A DNA stretch of 64,000 bases from an uncultured Candidatus Saccharibacteria bacterium (GTDB taxonomy: Bacteria; Patescibacteriota; Minisyncoccia; UBA6257), in the NCBI GenBank assembly GCA_964479005.1, contig CAYZJA010000002.1, forward strand, positions 128,001 to 192,000, read 5' to 3'. The translations under genes and the position numbers were made by a program. The notes beneath the pieces are model-generated. The model had not been told where the DNA came from and searched no databases. It worked only from the letters and a program-made list of their open reading frames with translations. Positions 28,341 through 36,795 of this stretch are shown in pieces (the first letter of the stretch is position 1; every line of letters begins with the position of its first letter).

Positions 28341-30095
28341 ATGATTCAAGAAGAACTTTTTCTTTCTGCTCTTATTCAAAAAGGGCTGATAAAACAAACA
28401 GATGCTTACACGCTTTTACAGGAAGCAAAAAGCCTGGAGAAAAGAGTTGAGGACATAATTTATGAGAAAAATTTAGTTGATGAGAAAAAACTCTCGCAGA
28501 TTAAAAGCGAGCTTTTTAAATTACCAGTAAAAATATTTTCTAAAACTGAAATTATTCCTCAAAATGTTTTAAATTTGATTTCCGAAGATACTGCCCGGCA
28601 TTATGGATTTATTGCTTTTAATAAGGAGAAAGATGTTTTAGATGTTGGAATGGTTTATCCTGATGATACAAAGGCGCAAAAGGCTGTAAAGTTTATAGTT
28701 GAGCGCTTAGGTTTAAAAATAAGGGTTTCAATCATTATTCCTTCTGATTTTAAAAATATTCTAAAGCAATACCAAACATTTGTTAAAGAATTTGATAAGC
28801 TTTTGCAGGATTTTCAAAAAAGATTTAGTGGTGTGAAAAAAAAGAAATCCCCTTTTATGTTAGTGGATTTAGAATCTACTGTTGGGGCTATTGCTGAAGA
28901 AGCGCCAATTATTAAACTTTTTGCCTCAATATTAAAATATGCTGTTCGTTCACGGGCTTCTGATATACATATTGAACCTGAACGTAGTAAATTAAGGGTG
29001 CGTTTTCGTGTTGATGGCAATCTTTCCAACACATTAAGTTTGCCCTTGGCAGTTCACCAGGCCATTATCACTCGTGTGAAAATAATGACTAATTTAAAGA
29101 TAGATGAAACACGCTTGCCGCAAGATGGGCGTTTTTTCACTGTCATAGATGATAAAGAAATAGATTTTAGAGTATCTACTTTTCCAACTGCCTTAGGAGA
29201 AAAAATAGCAATTAGAATTTTGGATCCGACTTCTGGATTAAAAAGCATTCATGAATTAGGTTTAGAAGGAAGAAATTTGGAGATTCTTCAAAATGAAATG
29301 TTTAAACCATATGGAATGATTTTAATTACAGGACCTACAGGTTCAGGAAAAACAACTACTTTATACGCGATTATGCAAATATTGAATCAAGATAAAGTAA
29401 ACATTGTTAGTTTGGAAGATCCTGTTGAATATACAATGGAAGGAATTAATCAGTCCCAGGTTCTTCCTGAAATTGGATATACTTTTGCGCGCGGGTTGCG
29501 CCATATGGTCAGGCAAGACCCAGATATTATAATGGTTGGAGAAATTCGAGATAATGAAACAGCAGAATTAGCTACTCATTCTGCTTTAACAGGCCATTTG
29601 GTTTTATCAACTTTGCATACAAATAATGCTATTGGCGTTATTCCGCGCTTGATGGATTTAGGCATAGATTCATTTTTAATTCCTCCTTCTTTAAATTTAA
29701 TGATTGCCCAGCGATTAGCAAGAAGGTTATGTCCCGATTGCAAAGAAAGAGTAGTGGCTTCGGAAAAAGAGCAGCAGATTATTGAAGAAGTTCTTGTCTC
29801 TTTGTCAAAAGAAGAAAGAGAAAAATTGTCTTTTCACAGGCCTTATTCTATTTATAAATCCAAGGGATGCGATACTTGCAATAAAAAAGGTTATTTGGGA
29901 AGAATTGGGATTTTTGAAATAATGAAGATGACTTTTGAGCTGGAGCAAATCATTTTATCCCAACCATCGCAAGAAAAATTATTAGCCGAAGCGAAAAGGC
30001 AGGGGATGATTACTTTACAGCAGGACGGCATAATGAAGGTTTTAGAAGGAGCAGTTAGCTTAGAAGAAATTCTTTCCATAACAACAAAATATTAA
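28341..30095 (+). CDS. pilB: Type IV pilus assembly ATPase PilB / GspE family
   Basis: Walker A GPTGSGKTTT, Asp/His boxes, and a C-terminal tetracysteine (CPDC...CDTC). N-terminal GSPII_E_N-like domain. Confidence 0.9.
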   Translation: MIQEELFLSALIQKGLIKQTDAYTLLQEAKSLEKRVEDIIYEKNLVDEKKLSQIKSELFKLPVKIFSKTEIIPQNVLNLISEDTARHYGFIAFNKEKDVLDVGMVYPDDTKAQKAVKFIVERLGLKIRVSIIIPSDFKNILKQYQTFVKEFDKLLQDFQKRFSGVKKKKSPFMLVDLESTVGAIAEEAPIIKLFASILKYAVRSRASDIHIEPERSKLRVRFRVDGNLSNTLSLPLAVHQAIITRVKIMTNLKIDETRLPQDGRFFTVIDDKEIDFRVSTFPTALGEKIAIRILDPTSGLKSIHELGLEGRNLEILQNEMFKPYGMILITGPTGSGKTTTLYAIMQILNQDKVNIVSLEDPVEYTMEGINQSQVLPEIGYTFARGLRHMVRQDPDIIMVGEIRDNETAELATHSALTGHLVLSTLHTNNAIGVIPRLMDLGIDSFLIPPSLNLMIAQRLARRLCPDCKERVVASEKEQQIIEEVLVSLSKEEREKLSFHRPYSIYKSKGCDTCNKKGYLGRIGIFEIMKMTFELEQIILSQPSQEKLLAEAKRQGMITLQQDGIMKVLEGAVSLEEILSITTKY

Positions 30096-30123
30096 TTTTC
30101 TGCATATCACGAATATCTATACT

Positions 30124-30152
30124 TGACAAGAATAGGAAGGGGGTGTATAATA
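30124..30152 (+). promoter_or_regulatory. Consensus sigma70-type promoter (TTGACA-17 nt-TATAAT) for the 30218 gene
   Basis: TTGACAagaataggaagggggtgTATAAT, then an AAAGGAG RBS before the ATG at 30218. Confidence 0.6.
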
Positions 30153-30217
30153 TGGGTAGTTTTGGAGAAGATTGAGTTGCACCTTTAAAAATAAAAAAAA
30201 GAAAGGAGTGAATTAGG

Positions 30218-30949
30218 ATGAAAAGATTAATATTGATTTTGTTGATATTAGTTGTATGTGTGAGTATTGTTGCTACTGATGTTGTTTTAGCAAAGGCAGC
30301 ATTTGGATCTTGGAAGAAATGGGACGAATCGTTACCGCCGTGGGATAATGAAGATTGGGTTTATAGTGAAGAAAGTTTTAAAATTATAAGTACCCCGCCA
30401 GTTAGTGGAACGCGATTTTGGTTTTGGGCAGAAGAACAAGAACGATGGCGTACTATTACTATTAAAGTAAAAAACCAACCGGCAGCCACGAATGTATTGT
30501 TTCTGTTAACTCGTTTAGCTTTTAAGAAGAATGATAAAGAAAGGGCATCGATTATCCTTTTTTCTCCAGCGCCAATAAGTAATAAGGTTAAGGGGATTGA
30601 AGACGCCCTTGCTACAGCTGAAATTGCCATAGCGGTTTTTCCTCTAGAGAAAGGAAAAAAAGTAGTCATTAGATCTTACGGAAAAAAAGATGGATTACTT
30701 CAATTTTTCAAAAAATGGACAGTTGCTTTGAAAAACAAAAAAGCCATATTTACGAAGTATAAAGATTGGTTTGTAGATCAATCTAATCGACTAACGAAAG
30801 AAAATATAGAGATTTTGCCGCAATTAGTAGTAACTGAAAGTGACAAAAAGAAAAATTTTTTTATTGGTGTAGCTTTACCGCTGTTTAAGGAATTTCTAAT
30901 AAAGGAAAAACTTCCATGGATTGAAGAAGAAACGACAGTTGTTTTTTAA
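30218..30949 (+). CDS. Hypothetical secreted protein (signal peptide)
   Basis: N-terminal MKRLILILLILVVCVSIVA signal-like segment. No recognisable domain. Confidence 0.45.
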   Translation: MKRLILILLILVVCVSIVATDVVLAKAAFGSWKKWDESLPPWDNEDWVYSEESFKIISTPPVSGTRFWFWAEEQERWRTITIKVKNQPAATNVLFLLTRLAFKKNDKERASIILFSPAPISNKVKGIEDALATAEIAIAVFPLEKGKKVVIRSYGKKDGLLQFFKKWTVALKNKKAIFTKYKDWFVDQSNRLTKENIEILPQLVVTESDKKKNFFIGVALPLFKEFLIKEKLPWIEEETTVVF

Positions 30950-31002
30950 CGAAGAAAAGACTAAAATACTTATTTTATAGAAATTAACCCGTTAATGGGC
31001 AA

Positions 31003-31032
31003 GGGGAGGATATTATTTCCTCCCTTTTTGTT
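31003..31032 (+). terminator. Rho-independent terminator
   Basis: GGGGAGGA-tattattt-CCTCCC followed by TTTTTGTTTT. Confidence 0.7.
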
Positions 31033-31101
31033 TTACTTGACATTCCTTATATAAGAGTTATTATTAATATATAAAGCATATAAAGTAATTAATTCAAACA
31101 T

Positions 31102-31899
31102 ATGAATAATAGAAAATATATTATTATTTTTGGAACATTAATTCTTTCATTCGTAGTTATTATAGGAGCAATCACTTATTATAAGGAAAAGGCAGAACAA
31201 GATGCTTTTAGTCTCTCTCAAAATTATCCTGCGATCCTTAATCAATCCTTAGATTCTCTTATTCCTGATGCGAAACAAGATGCTTTTAGTCTCTCTCAAG
31301 ATTTTCCTGCGAGCTTTAATGAACTCTCAGATTTTATTAGTTTCTGTAAAAATGGAGTATTTTCAGATATAGAAGAATTAAAAAATAAGAAGATAAAAGA
31401 GGTTGTTTGTACAATAGGACGAGAATTGAGGAAGTTAGTATTAAAGGATAATACACTGTTAGTTAGTAACTATATTCCTTCAATTTTACCTCTAGACTCA
31501 ATTACCTCTTTCAAACCCGATTGCTACATAGGTATCTCAGTTGATTTCAAAGATGTGGTTAGAGAGTATAATCCTACCCTTTTAGAAGAAGAGGAATTAT
31601 ATTTTTGCAGTATTTCTGAACCTTCTTTGGTAGATCCTCTTATTTTGCAATTAGAATCAAAGTATGATTTGTTTTTTGACGAAGGAAATGTTTCCTGTTC
31701 AGGAATTGAGATGGATAAAACTCCTGCTATGATTTTTCTTGGTTTTGTTCCTTATAAAAAATCTTTAAGTATTAAAGAATATCTTGTTGATGAGCAGACA
31801 GTATCTGAAGTTTTAAATAAACAATCATTTTCTGAAATGAAAGATATATTAAATGATTACCCTATTATCTGGCAAATGGAAAAACTAATTATTCCTTAA
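31102..31899 (+). CDS. Hypothetical membrane-anchored protein with an internal tandem peptide repeat
   Basis: N-terminal TM helix. Repeat QDAFSLSQNYPA / QDAFSLSQDFPA. Confidence 0.45.
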   Translation: MNNRKYIIIFGTLILSFVVIIGAITYYKEKAEQDAFSLSQNYPAILNQSLDSLIPDAKQDAFSLSQDFPASFNELSDFISFCKNGVFSDIEELKNKKIKEVVCTIGRELRKLVLKDNTLLVSNYIPSILPLDSITSFKPDCYIGISVDFKDVVREYNPTLLEEEELYFCSISEPSLVDPLILQLESKYDLFFDEGNVSCSGIEMDKTPAMIFLGFVPYKKSLSIKEYLVDEQTVSEVLNKQSFSEMKDILNDYPIIWQMEKLIIP

Positions 31900-31933
31900 A
31901 AATATATATTAATAATATTAATTATTAAAATCT

Positions 31934-33151
31934 ATGAATAAAACAAATAATATTGTATTAACCATTCTATTATGTTTTTCTATAGTTTTTGTTGTTTATC
32001 CAATAAAAACTAATGCTCAGTTATCTGAATGGGCTCAAAGCGTAATAGATGATTATAAAGAGGAATATGAAGAACCACCAGCTGAAGAGACTCCTCCTGA
32101 TGAAGAGGAGGCTCCTCCTGTTGCTTCGGGCGAAGGATTACCTGTAGAGGACCCCGTAGAAGGACCACTTGAGGAGGGCAACTACGAATATTATATAGGA
32201 TATGTCCCACCTGCACCCCCTGATCCTGACATTACAAATCCACCACCAGGAGGATGGATAGTGACACATATAGAACCAATAAATGAGGAAGAACCCACCC
32301 CTACCCCAATTAAACCAGATCCAATTAAACCAGATGATGAGGACGAAGATGAAATTCCACCTCCTCCACCTCCTTCTAATGATATTGACTGGACACCTTC
32401 ACTACCTCCTATTCAACCTCCTGTTCAACCCCAACAGGTCTGTCGTTGTGTACTAAGATATTCGCATACTCCTTGCGCTAATACATGCGGAGGTAGTAGC
32501 GATACTGGCGGAGGAACACCATCTAGCGGGGGAACACCTTCACCTCCTCCTCCACCACCTAAATATTCTTGTAATCGGTCTTCATGGACATGTTATCAAA
32601 ATTCTAGTGGACCATATTCTTCTTTAAGTAGTTGTCAAAGTGCTTGTGTAGAACCACCTTGTATGATTAATTACTTTGAATTTCCAAAAAGAGCATGGGT
32701 TGGTTATTCAATAACAGGAAAATGGTCAGCAAGTGATTGGTGTGTGGATTGTGATGTGACATGTAGCCCTTATCCAGAATGTGTTTGGAAAGAAAATAAC
32801 ATTGGTATTGGATCTGATGAACATAAATTCACACTTGAACAATCAGGGGCCTATACCTATACTCTTACATGTTATAAACAAGGAGGTAGAGATCAAAAAC
32901 AAGTAACTGTTAATCTTGAAGCTCTCAATCTCCCATGGTGGAGAGAAATCATTCCTGTGTTACGCGGATCATTATTTTCATTTGTAGATGCTGCTTGTGA
33001 ACCTACTCCACCTCCTCCACCTCCTCCACCTCCACCATCATTTAAACCTAAACCTCCTTCTGTGCCAGGCACACCTAAACCTCCTTCTTCACCATCATAT
33101 GAACCTCCTCCTACACCACAATATAGATGTTGGCAATGGGCGTGTCGGTAG
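31934..33151 (+). CDS. Secreted proline-rich, cysteine-rich protein (signal peptide; acidic Pro-rich N-terminus, ~20-Cys core, poly-Pro C-terminus)
   Basis: Signal peptide ...PIKTNAQ. Runs of PPPPPPPPPPP. Cys-rich blocks (CRCVLRYSHTPCANTCGG, CQSACVEPPC, DWCVDCDVTCSPYPECVW, RCWQWACR). Confidence 0.5.
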   Translation: MNKTNNIVLTILLCFSIVFVVYPIKTNAQLSEWAQSVIDDYKEEYEEPPAEETPPDEEEAPPVASGEGLPVEDPVEGPLEEGNYEYYIGYVPPAPPDPDITNPPPGGWIVTHIEPINEEEPTPTPIKPDPIKPDDEDEDEIPPPPPPSNDIDWTPSLPPIQPPVQPQQVCRCVLRYSHTPCANTCGGSSDTGGGTPSSGGTPSPPPPPPKYSCNRSSWTCYQNSSGPYSSLSSCQSACVEPPCMINYFEFPKRAWVGYSITGKWSASDWCVDCDVTCSPYPECVWKENNIGIGSDEHKFTLEQSGAYTYTLTCYKQGGRDQKQVTVNLEALNLPWWREIIPVLRGSLFSFVDAACEPTPPPPPPPPPPSFKPKPPSVPGTPKPPSSPSYEPPPTPQYRCWQWACR

Positions 33152-33284
33152 TATACGGACACTTCTTTGAAGTTCTCAATCTTCCATGGTGGAGAGAAAT
33201 CATTCCTATCTTGCCAGGATTCTTAAGGGGAATCTGGAGATAGAAATACATTGAAACTCATAGAATTCGTTGATATATTAAAAA

Positions 33285-33312
33285 ATACGGAGGTTAGACC
33301 TCCGTATTTTTT
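33285..33312 (+). terminator. Rho-independent terminator
   Basis: ATACGGAGGT-taga-CCTCCGTAT followed by TTTTTT. Confidence 0.8.
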
Positions 33313-33332
33313 AATTATGTTATACTATTTTT

Positions 33333-33935
33333 ATGAAAAGTATTGATGTTTTTGCTTTTATATTTATTTTTGTTATTTCTTGGTTTATTTTTGGTAGGCT
33401 TAGTTTATTTTCTAATATTTTTATTCAATGGGGCATCGGAGCAATCCCTTTATTGTGCTTGATCTTTTATCCAATTTTTATTACCTTAAAAAAGAAAAAA
33501 AATCTTTCAGAAATAGGATTTACTCTAAAGAATTGGCCATTAGCAATTGGTTGGGGAATAGGTATTGGTTTAATAATAGTAATTTTAGATCTATGGTTTT
33601 TTCGAGATAAACCATTGGCTGTTTTTAATAGCTTGGTTTTTGGGATGGCATATTGGGCCTTTTTAGCGTTTTCTCAAGAGATTTTTTTTAGAGGATATCT
33701 TCAGAAGAATTTAGAAAAAGTATATGGTAATTTTTTAGGGTTAATCCTTGCTTCTTTTCTTTTTTCTTTATGGCATATTACTGTTCGTTTTTATCCGGGA
33801 TGGGTGACACCCATTTCATTGTTAAAGGTATTTTCGGTTGGTTTACTTTGGGGTTTATCTTTTCAGAAAACAAGAAGCCTGATTGCTCCTTGTTTATCTC
33901 ATTTTTTGGTTGGAATCTTTCTTAGTAGTTATTAA
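33333..33935 (+). CDS. CPBP family intramembrane glutamic endopeptidase (CAAX protease/Abi-like)
   Basis: EExxxR motif (SQEIFFRGYL) and FxxxH motif (FSLWH) in a multi-TM protein. Confidence 0.7.
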   Translation: MKSIDVFAFIFIFVISWFIFGRLSLFSNIFIQWGIGAIPLLCLIFYPIFITLKKKKNLSEIGFTLKNWPLAIGWGIGIGLIIVILDLWFFRDKPLAVFNSLVFGMAYWAFLAFSQEIFFRGYLQKNLEKVYGNFLGLILASFLFSLWHITVRFYPGWVTPISLLKVFSVGLLWGLSFQKTRSLIAPCLSHFLVGIFLSSY

Positions 33936-34704
33936 CAAACTTTCTTCTGGAATTAATTTTGGAGAGAATTAAAAGGCTTATAGTAATAATGATTAAAGCG
34001 GTTAATTGAGCATGAGTAAATGTGAAATACCATATTTTTTCTTGATAAATAAAATCTCTATGATAACGAAAATACTCTGTTATAAATCTGGCGAGAGAAT
34101 GAAAAATGGTTCCTATAAAAAACAAGGAACCATTTTTTAATTTTATTTTTTTGGAGTAGAAATATAATAATAAAAAAATTAAAAAATACGAGAAAGCTTC
34201 ATAAAGCTGAGTTGGATGTCGCAATAAATTATCTCCTAAACTTGGAAATTTTATTGCCCAAGGAACATTTGTGGTAATGCCATAGCAACATCCATTCAAA
34301 AAACAGCCGATTCGTCCAATAGAATGCCCTATAAGAATTCCCAAAATATAAGAATCACACCACTTTCCCAAATTTTTTTTATTATTTTTTAATACTAAGA
34401 AGAAAGTTATTAAAAAAGCTACGATGAATCCTCCTTGCCAGCTGAATCCATCTTTCCAGAATTGAAATATTTTCAATAAATCTTTTTGGTAAGAATTGAA
34501 ATTTAAGAGAACATAACCAAGCCGAGAACCAATAAACGCGCTAATAATTGTAATAAGGATTAGATTTCTGGCTTTATGCGGATTTAAATTTTTACTCCTT
34601 GTTTCTAAATAAACAATAATTCCGCCTATAATAAATCCTAAAATCATAAAAACCCAGTACGATTCTATTGAAAAATTACCGACTCTAAATAAAATAGGAT
34701 ACAT
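33922..34704 (-). CDS. lgt: Prolipoprotein diacylglyceryl transferase
   Basis: Lgt signature GRIGCFLNGCCYG and a conserved N-terminal region. Confidence 0.9.
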   Translation of the reverse strand: MYPILFRVGNFSIESYWVFMILGFIIGGIIVYLETRSKNLNPHKARNLILITIISAFIGSRLGYVLLNFNSYQKDLLKIFQFWKDGFSWQGGFIVAFLITFFLVLKNNKKNLGKWCDSYILGILIGHSIGRIGCFLNGCCYGITTNVPWAIKFPSLGDNLLRHPTQLYEAFSYFLIFLLLYFYSKKIKLKNGSLFFIGTIFHSLARFITEYFRYHRDFIYQEKIWYFTFTHAQLTALIIITISLLILSKINSRRKFVNNY

Positions 34705-34726
34705 AATTATTTAATTATTTGATATG

Positions 34727-34810
34727 TGCCTGGGGTGGGACTCGAACCCACATGACCCAAAGGCCACAGCATTTTGAGTACTGCGCGTAAACCAATTCCG
34801 CCACCCAGGC
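34727..34810 (-). tRNA. tRNA-Leu (CAA), type II
   Basis: Reverse complement gives GCCTGGG-TG-GCG-GAATTGGTTTA-CGC-G-CAGTA-CTCAAAA-TGCTG-long variable arm-GTGGGTTCGAGTCCCAC-CCCAGGC-A. Confidence 0.8.
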
Positions 34811-34893
34811 ATAAAATCAGTATACATTATTTGATGCATAAAATTCAAGGGCAGAAGTTTATTAAATACCTCAACTTTGATATAATAATACTA

Positions 34894-35664
34894 ATGGCAG
34901 AAATTATTGCGATTTGTAATCAAAAAGGGGGAGTAGGAAAAACTACCACAGCCATGAATTTGGGCGCTTATCTGTCCGCTCTTGGAAAAAAGACATTGGT
35001 GGTTGATTTTGATGCTCAAGCCAATGCTACTTCTGGTTTAGGTTTTGATTATAAAAAATTACAAAAAACAGTTTATAACAATTTGATTTCTGATTATTCT
35101 CCAAAAGAAACAATTTATAAGACATCAATTTTTGGTTTGAATATTCTTCCTGCTTCGCCAGATCTGATTGGCGCTCAAGTGGAATTAAATCGTTTTACAA
35201 ACAAGGAATTCAGATTATATCAAATTCTTTCTTCAATAAAGGAATATTACGATTATATTTTAATAGACTTACCTCCCTCATTAGGCGTGCTGACAATTAA
35301 TGGTTTAGTAGCTGCTGATCAAGTTTTAATTCCATTACAAACAGAATATTATGCTTTGGAAGGATTATCTCAGCTTATCACAACAATTGATTTGATAAGG
35401 AGAAACTTAGAAAAAGATTTAAAAATATTAGGCGCAGTTTTGACTTTATATGATAGAAGGAATAAATTAGATAGAATGGTTCTTAAACATATTAGAAGAA
35501 ATTTTCCAGGATATGTTTTTGATACAATAATTCCAAGGAATGTTAGTTTGGCTGAAGCTCCAAGCTTTGGACAATCTATTCTTCAATATAATCCTAATTC
35601 TGAAGGAGCCAGAGCTTATAAGCAATTAGCCCAAGAACTAATTAAAAAACTTGAACATTTTTAA
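34894..35664 (+). CDS. parA: Chromosome partitioning ATPase ParA/Soj
   Basis: Deviant Walker A KGGVGKTT at the N-terminus. Start placed at MAEIIAICNQKGG; the upstream part of the listed ORF overlaps the tRNA. Confidence 0.9.
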   Translation: MAEIIAICNQKGGVGKTTTAMNLGAYLSALGKKTLVVDFDAQANATSGLGFDYKKLQKTVYNNLISDYSPKETIYKTSIFGLNILPASPDLIGAQVELNRFTNKEFRLYQILSSIKEYYDYILIDLPPSLGVLTINGLVAADQVLIPLQTEYYALEGLSQLITTIDLIRRNLEKDLKILGAVLTLYDRRNKLDRMVLKHIRRNFPGYVFDTIIPRNVSLAEAPSFGQSILQYNPNSEGARAYKQLAQELIKKLEHF

Positions 35665-35670
35665 TAAACT

Positions 35671-36795
35671 ATGGATGAACAAAACTCTTTAGGGCAAGGC
35701 ATTAACGCTTTAATTCCTCCTAAAAATAACCAGCCGCAATATCCATTGACTGATAATATTGATATTGTGGAGCCAAGCGAGGGCGCTTTGGAAGAAAAGA
35801 TTAGCGAGAAGATAAAAAAAGACTTTCAAGAGGATTTTCAACAAACGCATACAAAAGAAGATACAATACCAGACAATAGATTAGGTTTGCAGGAAACAAT
35901 ACCTGAGATAGTTCAAGACAAGCCTATTCTTGAAGATAAACCTGTTTTGTCTTCTTATCTTTTGGAAGATAAAGTTTTCTATATTGAAGTGGATAAAATT
36001 AAGCCTAATCCCCAACAACCACGAAAGGTTTTCCCTGATGAAACAATAAAAGAATTAGCTGATTCTATTCGGGAGCATGGTATTTTAGAGCCTTTAATAG
36101 TTATCAGAGAAGAAAAAGAGACAGAACATGGCGCAGATGTTGAGTATCAATTAATTTCAGGAGAGAGAAGATTATTAGCTTCAAAAATGTTGGGATTACC
36201 AACAGTTCCGGTAATTATTAGGAAACCGATGGAAGAACGAAAAAAACTGGAATTATCTTTAATAGAAAATATTCAGCGTGAAGATTTAACTCCAATATCT
36301 AAAGCTAAAGCATTTGCGCGGTTAATCAAAGAATTTGGTCTTACTCAACAGGATTTGGCAGGAAGGATTGGAAAGAGTAGAGAAGTAATTGCGAATACTT
36401 TGCGTTTACTACAATTATCCTATGAAGCTCAAAATGCGTTAGAGCAGGGGAAAATTAATGAAGGTCATGCCCGAGCGATTCTTCTTTTTAGTAATCCTGA
36501 AAAGAGAAGGTTATTTTTACAGGAGATTTTGTCAAAGAGTCTTTCTGGGAGGGAATCTTTAGAATTAGCACAGCACTATTTACAAAATAATCTTAGTAAT
36601 AATAAAAAAGAAACATTGTCTAGAAGGCGAAATGTTTCTTTGGATCCAGAGGACCTGGAAGTAAAAGAAAAATTGGAAGATTTTTTACAAACCCCAGTTT
36701 TAATCAAGAAAAAAGGCGGACAAGGCGCGATTGAAATCAAGTTTTTCTCACAAGAAGATTTAAGTAAAATTTTAAATAGAATCTTTCCCCTTTAG
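35671..36795 (+). CDS. parB: Chromosome partitioning protein ParB/Spo0J (with ~90-aa N-terminal insertion)
   Basis: ParB box (GERR...), HTH (LTQQDLAGRIGKSREVIANTLRLL), and N-terminal LGQGINALIP motif. Confidence 0.85.
   Translation: MDEQNSLGQGINALIPPKNNQPQYPLTDNIDIVEPSEGALEEKISEKIKKDFQEDFQQTHTKEDTIPDNRLGLQETIPEIVQDKPILEDKPVLSSYLLEDKVFYIEVDKIKPNPQQPRKVFPDETIKELADSIREHGILEPLIVIREEKETEHGADVEYQLISGERRLLASKMLGLPTVPVIIRKPMEERKKLELSLIENIQREDLTPISKAKAFARLIKEFGLTQQDLAGRIGKSREVIANTLRLLQLSYEAQNALEQGKINEGHARAILLFSNPEKRRLFLQEILSKSLSGRESLELAQHYLQNNLSNNKKETLSRRRNVSLDPEDLEVKEKLEDFLQTPVLIKKKGGQGAIEIKFFSQEDLSKILNRIFPL

Noticed and set aside
32893-33170. ORFs encoding poly-Gly (minus strand) and poly-Leu/His (alternate frame) over the Pro-rich 3' end of 31934..33151
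   Set aside because: These are frame or strand artefacts of the CCT/CCA proline-codon repeats. The + strand frame with the signal peptide and Cys-rich domains is the coherent one.
34774-34893. N-terminal 40 codons of the listed parA ORF
   Set aside because: They overlap the tRNA-Leu(CAA) gene on the other strand, and the ParA Walker A region begins right after the internal Met at 34894. The longer start is unlikely.
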